Below, piece after piece: positions 49,378 through 61,645 of a stretch of 64,000 nt of DNA (its first letter is position 1; every line of letters begins with the position of its first letter). The DNA comes from Mobula hypostoma (taxonomy: Eukaryota), in NCBI RefSeq assembly GCF_963921235.1, contig NC_086097.1:12028001-12092000 (forward strand), in the 5' to 3' direction. The notes beneath the pieces were generated by a model. It was not told where the DNA came from. It ran no database searches and was given only the letters and a program-made list of their open reading frames with translations. The translations under genes and the position numbers were made by a program.

Positions 49378-50425
49378 CCTTTGTGAAGGGCAGATCATGT
49401 CTAACAAACCTGATAGAGTTCTTTGAGGAGGTGACCAGGCATATAGATGAGGGCAGTGCAGTGGATGTGATCTACATGGATTTTAGTAAGGCATTTGACA
49501 AGGTTCCACATGGTAGGCTTATTCAGAAAGTCAGAAGGCATGGGATCCAGGGAAGTTTGGCCAGGTGGATTCAGAATTGGTTGCCTGCAGAAGGCAGAGT
49601 GTCATGGTGGAGGGAGTACATTCAGGTTGGAGGGTTGTGACTAGTGGTGTCCCACAAGGATCTGTTCTGGGACCTCTACTTTTCGTGATTTTTATTAACG
49701 ACCTGGATGTGGGGGTAGAAGGGTGGGTTGGCAAGTTTGCAGACGACACAAACGTTGGTGGTGTTGTAGATAGTGTAGAGGATTGTTGAAGATTGCAGAG
49801 AGACATTGATAGGATGCAGAAGTAGGGTGAGAAGAGGCAGATAGAGTTCAACCCGGAGAAGTGTGAGGTGGTACACTTTGGAAGGACCACTCCAAGACAG
49901 AGTACAAAGTAAATGGCAGGATACTTGGTAGTGTGGAGGAGCAGAGGGATTTGGGGGTACATGTCCACAGATCCCTGAAAGTTGCCTGAAAGCTTATGGG
50001 GTGTTAGCTTTCATAAGTCGAGGGATAGAGTTTAAGGGTCGCAATGTAATGATGCAGCTCTATAAAACTCTGGTTAGGCCACACTTGGAGTACTGTGTCC
50101 AGTTCCGGTCACCTCACTATAGGAAGGATGTGGAAGCATTGGAAAGCGTACAGAGGAGATTTACCAGGATGCTGCCTGGTTTAGAGAGTATGGATTATGA
50201 TCAGAGTTTAAGGGAGCTAGGGCTTTACTCTTTGGAGAGAAGGAGGATGAGAGGAGACATGATAGAGGTGTACAAGATATTAAGAGGAATAGATAGAATG
50301 GATAGCCAGCGCCTCTTCCTCAGGCACCACTGCTCAATACAAGAGGACATGGCTTTAAGGTAAGGGGTGGGAAGTTCAAGGGGGATATTAGAGGAAGGTT
50401 TTTTATTCAGAGGGTGGTTGGTGCA
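49378..50425 (+). mobile_element. CR1 RT fragment
   Basis: [55 protein letters not shown]. Confidence 0.95.
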
Positions 50426-50985
50426 CATATGTCACCACATTCAACTCTGAGATTCATTTTCCTGCAGGTAAACTCAGCAAATCTATAGAATAGTAACTAG
50501 TCCTGATGAAGGATCTTGGCCCAAAATGTCGACTGTTTACTCTTTTCCATAGATTTCGCCTGGCCTGCTGAGTTCCCCCAGCATTTTGTGTGTGTTGCTT
50601 GGATTTCCAGCATCTGCAGATTTTCTCGTCTTTGAATAGCAATTATAACAGGATCAATGAAACATCAACCAGCGTGCAGAAGACATCAAACTGTGCAAGT
50701 GCAAATATAAATAAATAGCAATAAATGATGAGAACATGAGATAATGAAGAACTCCTTAAAGTGAGATCATTGGTTGTGGGAACACCTCAAAGGATGGGCA
50801 AGTGAGTGTAGTTATCCCCTTTTGTTCAGGAGCCCGATGTATTAGGCGTAGTAACTGTTCTTGAACCTGGTGGTGCAAGTCCTGAGGCTCTTGTACCTTC
50901 TACCTGATGGCAGCAGGGAGAAGAGATCATGACCTGGGTGGTGGGGATCCCTGATGATGGATGCTGCTTTCCTATGACAGCGACT
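50425..50985 (-). mobile_element. Rex-type 3' element split by a PLE unit
   Basis: IIRDPHHPGH.LFSLLPSGRRYKSL on the minus strand. Confidence 0.7.
50500..50633 (+). mobile_element. 134-bp hammerhead-bearing PLE-derived unit
   Basis: TSD gaatagtaacta/gaatagcaatta (50488-50499, 50634-50645); starts gtcctgatga. Confidence 0.75.
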
Positions 50986-51439
50986 TCACATTTGCTGTTT
51001 TAGTATTAAGAATCTGAAATACTTTCCTATTCTCTTGATGTCTGCAGAAATATCTCTAAGTTTGCTGCAGAAGTACATTGTGGTAATTTATGTAATTTGC
51101 ATTTTCTCCCTTACACATTGGCACTGCAGCTATTGCAAGAATATAAATACTTATTGAAAGTTGGCATGTTGAGTTGGTGACTAAGGCAGGAAACATTGCA
51201 TTTACTTGGCGGTATGACTGTTTGCTGGTGTACTGTTAAAATGTATTTCTGCTAATATATATAGAACAGCACTGAGTCATGGAGCTTGAAATTTAAAACT
51301 GCTGCATGACAAGCCATTAAAATATAAAATACTTATGGCTGCATCTGTCCATGACTTTAATCATATCTAAAATGGTTCTCTTAAAATGGGGATAAAATTC
51401 CACTACTCCGCATTAAAGGTGTAAACACTCTCAAAAAAG

Positions 51440-51636
51440 ATTTACATTTATATAACAATTTCAGAAAAGCCCAAAGCACTTTACAACCAATGAAATGCTT
51501 CTTAAACTGTGGTCACTCTTGTAATGTAGGAAATAAGGCAGTCAGTTTAAACACGGCTGGCTTCCACAAGCAATAGTGTGGTAAAGACCAAATAATTTAT
51601 TTTCAGAACACTGGCTGAGGGCTATAAATTAGGCCT
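51440..51636 (-). mobile_element. Deu-domain SINE relic
   Basis: cccaaagcactttacaaccaatgaa...gtcactcttgtaatgtaggaaa...gaccaaataat. Confidence 0.6.
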
Positions 51637-51679
51637 GTGTTTCAAAGTGACAGAAAGTTGCAAAGTAGTTATGAGTTTA

Positions 51680-52022
51680 ATAACCTTATCTCCTTACTTG
51701 CCCATCACCATCCTCTGGTGTTCCTCTCCTTTTTCTTTCTTCCTTGGTCTCCAGTCCTCTCCTATCAGATCCCTCCTTCTCCAGCCCTTTATCTCTTTTT
51801 CCAATCAACTTCCCAGTTCTATACTTCACCCCTCCCCGTCTCCTGGTTTCACCTATCGCCTACCACCTCGTACTTCTTCCTTCCCTTGCCCTCACTTTCC
51901 TACTCTGACTTCCCTTCTTTTCCAGTTCTGAAGAAGGGTCTTGGACTGAAGTGTCAACTGTTTACTCATTTCCATAGATGCTGCCTGGCCTGCTGAGTTC
52001 CTCCAGCATTTTGTGTGGGCTG
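51680..52022 (+). mobile_element. Penelope-like 3'UTR and terminal repeat
   Basis: cagttctgaagaagggtcttggactgaagtgtcaactg (degenerate hammerhead). Confidence 0.75.
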
Positions 52023-52849
52023 CTATGAGTTAAATAATTCAGTTTTTTTGAAAAAGGCTCCTTTAGCAGTGAGACTCTTGCTCTGTCCTGTACTGAAGAA
52101 GCAGTACAGATCACTATGCTAAGATTTTTCCATAAACCAGAGCATTAAGGCAGGAAAACCTAGACATCCATGCTGACTGTCAAACAGCGATTTCCACTAA
52201 TGCTATACTTACCCCATTTTATGCTTTCCAATTCCCTTCAACTTCCATCAGACACACCCACATATAAGGGCAATTTGCACTGATCAATTAACCAATCATT
52301 CCTACGACTTTAGAAAAAGGCTGTACGATATAGGAGCAGAATTAGGCCATTTGGCCCATCGAGTCTGCTCTGCCATTTCATCATGGTTGATCCATTTCTT
52401 TGTCAGCCTCAGTCTCCTGCCTTCTCCCCATATCCCTTCATGCCCAAACCAATCAAGAATCTATCACACTCTGACGAAGGATGTAAGATGAAAGAAGAGG
52501 AAGGCTACTTGAGCTGGGAGACTGTCCACTATATTGGATAGAAATTTAAACACTTTTGAGCTGCAGTTAAGAGTGCAACCAACAATTGTACCTGTAAATT
52601 CATAAAACCCAATCGAGTGATCTATCCAAAAATAACTCTGGAAACAATGCTTCCTTATGATAATGCTGTAGATCAAAATAAAATAATGGTCACCTTTTCA
52701 GAAGTTAAAAATATAAAAACCTTGAGGGAGTCTTGCTCACAAGCGGGCCGAAACTCCTGACGACAGGTGGCAGATCAACTGATGATCCCACTGGCGATAG
52801 CACAGGACAGTTAACATCTTAGTCCACTTGTATTTTCAACTCAATTCAT

Positions 52850-53457
52850 AGGTTAATATAAAGGCAAGGATATAATGTTAAGGCTTTATAAAGCCTCACT
52901 TGGAGTACTGTGAGCAGTTTTGTGCCCGTTATCTAAGAAAGGATATGCTAACATTGGTGACGGTTCAAAGTAGGTTCACAAAGCCGATTCCGAGATTGAA
53001 AGGCTTATCATTTGAGGAGCGTTTGATGGCTCTGGGCCTCTAATCACTGGAATTCAGAAGAACGAGGGGTGACCTCATTGATACCTATCGAATGTTGAAA
53101 GGGCTCGATAGAGTGGATGTGGAGACGATGTTTCCTATGGTGGGGGAGTCTAAGACCAGAGGGCACAGCCTCAGAATAGAGGGGCATCCTTTTAGAACGG
53201 GTGAGGAGGAATTTCTTTAACAAGAGAGTGGTGAATCTGTAGAATTCTTTGCCACAGGCAGCTGTGGAGGCCACGTCTTTATGTATATTTAAGGCAGAGG
53301 TTGATAGATTCTTGATTGGTCAGGGCATGAAGGGATACAGGGAGAAGGCAGGAGACTGGGGCTGAGAGAGAAAATGGATCAGCAATGATGAAATGGTGGA
53401 GGACACTTGATGGGCCAAATGACCAAAAAAAAACTCCTCCTATATTTTACGGTCTAA
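52850..53457 (+). mobile_element. CR1 3' fragment
   Basis: PHLEYCEQF.A..LRKD; MFPMVGESKTRGH; tail. Confidence 0.85.
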
Positions 53458-53972
53458 GTTCTTTATTGGCTGTAAAAAAAACTTGGTATGTCCTGAGGGT
53501 ATTAGTGTAGGTCAGTTTTTCTGTCACATCATTATAAACTGCTGTGTATGGCAGTCCACTAAAGTCCATAGAGGGTTACAGGATTGTCAGATGTCAGCCC
53601 ACATGAAGCGGATTAGACAATGGCTTTGCATACGGCAATTTAAATGTTTCATAAAATCTACATTCCATATTGTATTTGTCAGCATTTCTGTGGCCCTATA
53701 CTGATACTACTGCTTTGGGTAAGTGAAACAGTCTTTTGGGAGTTGGGATTCCTGAGGATTATGCTTGAATTTGCAAAGTCTTCTCCACACCGACAAAAGT
53801 CTGGAGTAGATTATCAGAATGTAAACTCGTTAATATAGAACTGGTCACATTCACAAATGGATCCGACCCACTAGAGGCTGGCGTCCTCCAGACCTATGCA
53901 ACCCTGGCAAAAGGAAGTCACATTCCCTATTCATGAGGCTATCTTCAAGCATTACTTAGAATGCAGGTTCTA

Positions 53973-54527
53973 AAACAGCACACAAAACGTTGGAGGAGCT
54001 CAACAGGCCAGGCAATATCTATGGAAAAGAGGAAGCAGACGACATTTCAGGATGAGACCCTTCATCAGGACAGGACAGGAAGGCGAGAAGTCGGAGTAAG
54101 AAGGTAGGAGGAGGTGAGGAAGAAGTACAAGGTGAAACCGGGAGAGGGGGAAGGGGGTGAAGTAAAGAGCTGGGAGGTTGATTGGTGAAAGAGATATACG
54201 GGCTGGAGAAGGGGAAATCTTATAAGAGAGGACAAAAGACCAGTGAAGAAAGGGAAAGGGGAGGAATATCAGAGGGAGGTAAAGGGCAGATAAGGAGATA
54301 AACCCCCTTCTCCCAGTTTCACCAATCACCTGCCTCCTTGTACTTCTTGCTTCACTCCCCCCACCTTCTTACTCTGACCTCTCCCCTTTTCTTCCAGTCC
54401 TGATGAAGGGTCTCAGACCGAAACGTTGACTGTTTACTCTTTTCCATAGCTGCTGCCTGGCCTGCTGAGTTCCTCCAGCATTTTATGTCTATTACTTTGA
54501 TTTCTAACATCTGTAGAATCTCTTGCG
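53973..54527. mobile_element. Inverted pair of Penelope-like ends
   Basis: Minus copy about 53973-54300, plus copy about 54300-54527. Confidence 0.8.
54395..54432 (+). ncRNA. Minimal type I hammerhead ribozyme motif
   Basis: CAGUC-CUGAUGA-AG-GGUC(UCA)GACC-GAAA-CG-UU-GACUG. Confidence 0.65.
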
Positions 54528-54887
54528 ATCGAAGTTCCAAAGCAGATAACTGGGAAGGATTTTCTACTTGAACCAGGGCTTTGTCTTTAAGTGTTATAAT
54601 TGAATCAGGAATTTTATGTAACACAGGAAGTGGTTTGGCTCTGTTCTGAGATCAAGTGTATCTAGATTTGGCTGTTCTCCAGTGCAGATGTCGACAGGAG
54701 GGAAATATCTGCTGGATTTACTGGATGTTGATACATGTCAAGCTATTCTCGGGGGAGGCGCTGCATTAATTTTATTGATTTACAAACTTTGACAGGCCAT
54801 GCAGCCAAGTCATTTTCACATCAACAGATTTGCAAGTAAGCAACGTATGTTATAAAAAAGTAAGTGGCAATTTCAGCTCAAGTACAA

Positions 54888-55300
54888 GGTGGCACAGAGG
54901 TGCAGCATTTAGTGTAACACCATCATAATGCCAGTAACACTGGTTCAATTCCTGCCGCTGTCCATAAAGGGTCTGCACGTTCTCCCTGTGCCCGCATGGG
55001 TTTCCTTCAGGTTCTCCGGTTTCTTCCCACATTCCAAAGATGTATGGGTTAGTAGGTTACAGACGCAAGAGGTACTGGATGCTGGAAATCTGGAGCAATA
55101 CACATAATGTGCTAGAGGTCCTCAGCAGCCGAGGCAGCATCTACGGATGAGAATAAACAGTTGGTTTTTCCAGCCAAGACCCTTCATCAGGAGTTTGGGT
55201 TAGAAGGTTAATCGGTCAAATGGGTGTAATTGCGCAGCCCAGGCTGGTCAGCCCAGAGGGACCTGTTACCGTGCTGTATCTCCAAATAAATAAATAAATA
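54888..55300 (+). mobile_element. V-SINE split by a PLE unit
   Basis: ggtggcacag...ggttcaattcc...V-domain; resumes after 55195. Confidence 0.8.
55060..55195 (-). mobile_element. 136-bp hammerhead-bearing PLE-derived unit
   Basis: 15-bp TSD tgggttagtaggtta/tgggttagaaggtta (55045-55059, 55196-55210). Confidence 0.75.
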
Positions 55301-55364
55301 ATCCTGAAGATTCTTCTCTTTTATATTTATTCCAAAACTGGATTTGAATTCGGGTGGTCATTAC

Positions 55365-55591
55365 ATAGAAACATAGAAACATAGAAAATATGTGCAGGAG
55401 TAGGCCATTCGGCCCTTCGAGCCTGCACCGCCATTTATTATGATCATGGCTGATCATCCAACTCAGAACCCCGCCCCAGCCTTCCCTCCATACCCCCTGA
55501 TCCCCGTAGCCACAAGGGCCATATCTAACTCCCTCTTAAATATAGCCAATGAACTGGCCTCAACTGTTTCCTGTGGCAGAGAATTCCACAG
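55365..55591 (-). mobile_element. Young CR1 3' end
   Basis: (ATAGAAAC)n tail; attaca on both flanks. Confidence 0.85.
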
Positions 55592-56064
55592 ATTACAATT
55601 TATTTGCTTTTAATTTGTCTAAGATAGTGAAGTTTAAGATTGAATGTGCTAATTTCTGTATACATTTTTGATAGCAATTTCCTTCCACTTGCAGTGAAAG
55701 TCTGTGAAATGTTAGTAACTTATATTTTGACTGCTTAATATATATCTGTTATAGTTTTTGCAACATGCTTTTATCGCTGAAGTAACTGAGCATTTCACAC
55801 AGATGGGGTTCCATAACGTTCAACATAGGATTCTTGTCATACGCCCTGAAGAAAATGCTTGGATAGTTCAACAGAAATTTCTGTGAGATGACTCACCATT
55901 CTCAGTAGTATAGTCACTAGTGATACCCATAACCTGTATACAAGACTGCATGTTAGATTTAGTGCATCACCATCTGTAGAAAGATCCCCTCCGCATTCCT
56001 CTGAACTGGGGCTCTGTGCCAAACGAACTACAGTTCATATAGCAAGACAATAAAAACTTGTAGT

Positions 56065-56200
56065 ATAGTGTGTTTTGCTTTACAACCAAAGAAGTACTTT
56101 GAAGAACTGTCCCTGTTACTATGGGCAATGTGGATGCCTATCTGCCCTCTGCAAGCTCCTGATAACAACAAGGCAGTAATGGCCATGTAATTTGCCTGGC
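56065..56200 (-). mobile_element. Deu-domain SINE relic
   Basis: gctttacaaccaaagaagtactttgaag...gcaagctcc...taatggcca. Confidence 0.5.
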
Positions 56201-56519
56201 ATGATGTCAGTTGAATGAGCACAAGAGTTTAAATTTCAATAGGACAATGAATGCAGTAAAGTATCAAGTCAGTTTAGTGAATACGATCAACCAAAATTTG
56301 GCAAAATAAATAGATAAAAAGCATTAAGATTACAATTAAGATTAAGAAGAGTCAGAGACATGTTTTAAGAGATAAATGTTAGCCCAGAGTTCAACGAGTA
56401 ATGCTGTATAATACTGCATCCAAGAGACGATATCCCGCCACCCCGCCACCTCAAGTGTGTAGAATACCTCAATAACTGCACAGAAATGCTGACTTTGTTT
56501 TCCAAGTTCCTAAAACGTG

Positions 56520-57340
56520 AATCAGAATCAGAAACAATATGTTGTGGAATTTGTTGTTTTGCGGCAGCAATACATTGCAATAAAAATAATTTTAAAACTA
56601 TGAATTAGAATGAGATATATATATGGTGGTTGACCATCATGTCCGGCAATGACAGGAAACCTATGCAGGAGAGTTTTTAAAGTAGAAAAGCCGTTGCACT
56701 GGGGTAGTCCCACTTTCTCGATCTCAGAGGTCTGGGTCCAGTTGGTATGAACAAGCATCACACACTGGGGTCTTCCTTGGTTGCAGTAGATGACCATAAC
56801 ACCCTCTGTGCCTCGTCACACCCTTCGTTCTCCTCGAAGCGTTGCAGTATCGCCTTCCTAGACAGTGGATCTCTCTGTAGATCTCATCTGCACAGTTTGC
56901 TGGAGTTGACTTCGCATGCGAGGACAGGCATGTTCCTAACCTCCAGGGGTATAAGATAAAGTGGTGAAAAAAGAGAGCAAAAAAAAAGAAAAAAAATTAG
57001 AGAGGTAATACACAAGGAAGCATTGTCCATTCAGAAAATTGAAGGTGGAGAGGAAGATGCTGTACTAAAACGTTAAGTGTATATCCTTTGGCTCTTTCAC
57101 CTCTTCCTTGATGGTAGCAATGAGAACAGGGCATGTCCTGGGTGATGGGGTCCTTAATAACAGATACCAACTTTTTGAGACATCGGCTTTTGAAGATGAC
57201 CTCAATGCTGGGGAAGCTCATGCCCATGATAGATCCGGCCGAGTTTGCAACTTTCTGCAGCTTTTTGCGATTCCATGCAGTGGCCCCTCTACACCAGAGG
57301 GCTGTGCAACCAGTTAGAATTATCTCCACGGCACTGGCAT
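56520..57340 (-). mobile_element. Rex1/Babar-type 3' fragment, interrupted
   Basis: ILTGCTALW..A...RKKLQKV...VIKDP; (aatcag)n tail. Confidence 0.75.
56624..56956 (-). mobile_element. Insertion resembling an RTE 5'UTR
   Basis: GC-richer block interrupting the Rex tail; family assignment from memory only. Confidence 0.4.
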
Positions 57341-58272
57341 GACATCACCAAGAGATGGGACTGAACCAAGACCTGGAAGAGATCCAAGCAGTTCAAGAAT
57401 AAGATAAAGGGTCTTGATCGAGATTAATATGTTAAAGCTCCTATAACTTGAGGGCTGGGCATGTTTAATAAAGAGCTAATTTGAACGCTGTTTCATTAAT
57501 ACTCCATCATATCAAATTTGAAACTACTCAGCTATGGAGGTATTACTAAATCACAACAAACTTCAAAATGGCTTGAGAGTAAAACTAAGATTGTGCTATA
57601 TTCTCACCACTCCAACATCCATGTAAAGTAATTTTCTCCCTAAATGTGTGCTCATTTCTTTTCCTCTGTTCCTCATTTTGTCCTGTTTATGACAAATGTT
57701 CATAACAGTCTTCATGTTGTACTTGTTTCCTTAATTTGTTTTTTAGCCTGGAGTGCTTCAGCATTTGTTGCTGAGAAGATGGAAAAAATACTTTTGCAAA
57801 ATCACTGCCAAGTTCACTAACCATAGAGCAGGGAACATAGAACTTAATGCAGCACAGAAACATGCCCTTTGGCCCAGCAGGACCGCGCCAACCATAATGG
57901 CATTTTTATCTGCTTGCACATGATCCATATCCCTCCATTCTCTGTCAATGTTCAAAGTTCAAACTAAATTTATTATCAAAGTACATATATGCCACCATAT
58001 GCTACCCTGAGATTCACTTTCTTGTAGGCATTCACAGTAAGAACAAAGAAACTGGTTGTCCCACTAGAGGCTTTGGCGAGGGTACAGAACAGAGTTACCA
58101 GGATGCTAAAGGCATGTGCAATCACTAGAGACGGAAAAACCTGGGCTGTTTTCTCTGGAGTGACGGAGGCTGAGAGGAGATCTGATAGAGGTGTATAAGA
58201 TTATGAGGCATAGAGAGAGTAGATATGCAGTATCCTTTTCCCAGGGTAGAAATGTCTAATACCAGAGGACAT

Positions 58273-58857
58273 TAGATTAGATTATGAGGACATGCAGTCC
58301 TCTTTTATTGTCATTTAGAAATGCATGCATTAAGAAATGATACAATATTCCTCCAGTATGATATCACAGAAACACAGGACAGACCAAGACTAAAACTGAC
58401 AAAAAACACATAATTATAACATATAGTTACAACAGTGTAAAGCAATACCATAATTTGATAACGAGCAGACCATGGGCACAGTAAAAAAAAGTCTCAAAGT
58501 CCCGATAACCCATCATCTCATGCAGACGGTAGAAGGGAGAAACTCTCCCTGCCATGAACCTCCAGCACCGCAAACTTGCCGATGCAGCACCCTGGAAGCA
58601 ACCAACCACAGCCGACTCTGAGACCATCCGAAAACTTCGAGCCTCCAACCAGCCCTCTGACACCAAGCACTGAGCATCATCTCTGCTGAGCGCTTCGACC
58701 CCGCCGGCCACCGAGCCCGGCAGCGAAACAGGCATTTCAGAAGTTTCACCAGATGTTCCTCCGAGCTGTCACGTCTGTCTCCATCAAATCAGGATTGTGC
58801 ACGGTACCCTACTTGACAGATAACAGATATTCATCACCGGAGTGGCCACTGCGCACT
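58273..58857 (-). mobile_element. Family Y non-autonomous element
   Basis: TSD gacat (58268-58272, 58858-58862); (tagat)n tail. Confidence 0.85.
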
Positions 58858-59085
58858 GACATGCATTGAAGGTGAGATGAGTAGGTTCATAGGGGATGTG
58901 AGGAGTAGGTTTTTTACTCAGAGAGAACAATGGATGCTGAGAATGCGCTGCCTGGGATGGTGGAAAATACATTACAGACTTTTAAGTGATGTTTAGATAG
59001 GCACATGAATATGAGGAAGATGAGGAACAACCATTCACTAAAAAGCCACATTTCTATCGTGGCTTGGCACAACACTGTGGGACAA

Positions 59086-59182
59086 AGCAACACACACAAA
59101 ATACTGGTGGAACGCAGCAGGCCAGACAGCATCCATAGGAAGAAGCACAGTCGACGTTTTAGGCCGAGACCCTTCATCAGGC
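59086..59182 (-). mobile_element. Penelope-like terminal repeat
   Basis: Hammerhead motif 59148-59182 with GAAA mutated to AAAA. Confidence 0.75.
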
Positions 59183-59357
59183 CCTATTCCTGTGCTATAC
59201 TGTTCTAGGTTCTATGAAACACAATAGAATCAATGAAAAAACACACATGACAAGACAAGTAAGCAACCACTCTCTAAAAAGGCACATTACTATTGTGACT
59301 GCCTCATCCACATGCCCTGGCATTGTCGTCCCTGCACCCACGACTCTCTGTGTAAGG

Positions 59358-59650
59358 ATTTATTTATTTATTAATTTATTTATCGAGCTACAGCACAGAA
59401 TAGGCCCTTCCAGCCACATCACCCAGCAACCCCTGATTTATCCCTACCCTAAACATCGGACAATTTACAATGACCAATTAATCAACTATCCATTATGTCT
59501 GAGTATTGTGGGAGGAAACCGGAGCACCCAGAGAAAACCCACACGATCTCAGGGAAAATGTACAAACTCCTTACAGGGAGTTGCGGGATTTGAACCTGAG
59601 CCGCTAGTACTGTAAATCGTTGTGCTGTCCACTATGCTACTATGCTGCAC
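59358..59650 (-). mobile_element. V-SINE copy
   Basis: gtgggaggaaaccggagcaccca. Confidence 0.8.
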
Positions 59651-59698
59651 CAATTGCCTTAAACGTTTTCTTTACACTTTATCCCTCTCACTTTCAGT

Positions 59699-59778
59699 GA
59701 AGAGTTCCCAACCTTTTCTATGCCATGGACCATTACTATTCTCCGAGGGGTCCATGGACCCCATTTTGGGAATCACTG
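59699..59778. mobile_element. hAT-type MITE (degenerate)
   Basis: gttcccaaccttttctatgccatggacc...gggaatcactg. Confidence 0.7.
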
Positions 59779-60408
59779 CTTTAAACCTATGCCTTCTAAT
59801 AATTGACACTTCCATTCTGGGGAGAAGTATGACCATCCACCCCGTCTATGCTTCTCATCATTTTTGTCTTCCAAATAACAAACCTTTCAAGCTATAAAGT
59901 GCTGACTGTTCAGTGACTGAACTGATTTCACAGACCTCCTCGCCTTGCTTTAGTTTATTTGCACTGTTAATTGGTTCCATGTCTGGGCGTCTCAGTACCG
60001 ACATCCATCTCACCTCCTGAATCTGGTTCCCATTACTGCTGCCATTGCTTTCAGCTTTCAGCACCAGTTGTACTAAGTTCTTCAGATCTGGCATCAACAA
60101 TAAGTTCTGCAACTTGCAAGCTACTAGATGACTTTTTTTTATGCCTGCATTACTTCCATTCTCTTAGCTTAAATCATGTATTAATTAAAGTTACATGCTA
60201 TCAATCAAATTCCAAGCAGCTTCATGCAAAATTTTCCAATGACAAGAGCAATAGACAGACAACCGTGTTAAGAATGTTATGGTTTTCCAATAAGAGTTTC
60301 TGAATTTATCCTTTCACCTACAAAGTTTCATGTACGCGAGCCCTATGATCACTGTTATCGAAGCCCCTTTATAACTTTATCACTTGTATTGACTTCCTAC
60401 AAAAATCA

Positions 60409-60513
60409 TTTTACTCTCTGTAAAATGATGTCTGAATTAAATATCTGTAAAATGATTTTTGCAATTAACTCTCTGTAAAAGGATTTTCTTTTCCTATTAA
60501 CTCTCTGCATTAA
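60409..60513. repeat. Degenerate minisatellite, unit about 28-32 bp
   Basis: About four copies of attaactctctgtaaaa(t/g)gat. Confidence 0.6.
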
Positions 60514-60579
60514 ATTACTTTTAACTATTTTCCTGCCATCTCTGGCTCCATCCCACCAGAAGGAAACACACGTGGAAGG

Positions 60580-61645
60580 GTCATATTGACACTGGAGAGG
60601 TGCAGAAGAGATTCATCAGGATGTTGCCTGAATGGACTGGTTTAGTTACAATGGGAGAATAGATCGGCTTTCTTTATTTCCTTGAAGTGGAGGAGGCTGA
60701 TGGAGGTTTCCAAAAATAATGAAGGCCATGGGCTTAGCAGATAGTAGAACGTTTTTGCAGAGGGGGTCTAAAACTAGATGAATTAGAGGGAGATTAGATA
60801 TTAGGGATGAATTAGAGAAAACTAGAGGAGGAGAAGATGGCGGCGTGACAGCAGCGCGTGCGGACTCTCCAGTGAATGATATCTGTAATCTGTCAAGTAG
60901 GGTACCGTGCACAATTCTGATTTGATGGAGACAGACGTGAGAGTACGGAGGAACACCTGGAGAAACTTCTGACCGTTTCGCTGCCGCTGCTACTGTGTGG
61001 TAACCGGAATCTCTGGAGCAGAAGGCCCCGAATCCTCGGCTTTGCTTGTTTCAGTGGCCGGGGCGAGGTTGAAGGTACTCGGCAGAGGATGGCGCTCGGG
61101 AGGCTGTATCGGAGGGGCTGGTCGGAGGCTCGAAGTTTTCGGATGGACGGACTCGGTATCGGCTGTGGTCGGCTGCTTCCAAGGCATCGGCAAGTTGACG
61201 GTGCCTGGAGGTTTATGGCAGGGAGTTTCTCTTTTTTGCCGCCTGCTGTCGGGGACTCGGGAGTCGATCAACTCTGGGACCCTGAGACTTTTTTTTACCG
61301 TGCCCATGGTTTGTTCTTCATCAAATTATGGTATTGCTTTGCACTGCTGTAACTATATGTTATAATTATGTGGTTCTGTCAGTGTTAGTCTTTGGTTTGT
61401 TCTGTTTTCTGTGATATCACTCTGGAGAACCATTGTATCATTTCTTAATGCATGTATACGTTTCTAAATGACAATAAAAGAGGACTGAGTGTTCTCATAA
61501 TCTAAAAGAAATTGGTTAAGATAAAGACTTGGAGGTTTAGCGTTGAGGAAGACCCTGTTACGCAGCAAGTGGTTGGAATCTGCAACATCTGTCTGAGTGA
61601 GTGGTGGAGACAGAGAGCATCACAACATTGAAAAAGGGTTGAGGT
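60580..61645 (+). mobile_element. Old CR1 3' fragment split by a family Y insertion
   Basis: LERVQKRFIRMLP; tggttggaatctgcaac. Confidence 0.65.
60825..61504 (+). mobile_element. Full-length family Y element
   Basis: GGAGGAGAAGATGGCGG start; gacaataaaagaggac...cataatcta end. Confidence 0.85.

Larger units (their letters stand above)
58050..59213 (+). mobile_element. CR1 3' fragment, twice interrupted
   Basis: RRLRGDLIEVYKIM; accagaggacat resumes as gcattgaagg. Confidence 0.8.

Noticed and set aside
52745..52792. Independent type II hammerhead (CGAAAC...CTGATGA)
   Set aside because: Helix I and the NUH cleavage site cannot be formed
55893..55975. Minus-strand exon ending ATG/gtgagt
   Set aside because: Ambiguous acceptors, unrecognised peptide and no partner exons
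56900..56956. HDV-like ribozyme
   Set aside because: A hairpin is present but L3 consensus, P1 partner and P1.1 could not be assigned
59858..60112. 84-aa minus-strand ORF as a coding exon
   Set aside because: Donor-like site present but no polypyrimidine acceptor or recognisable homology
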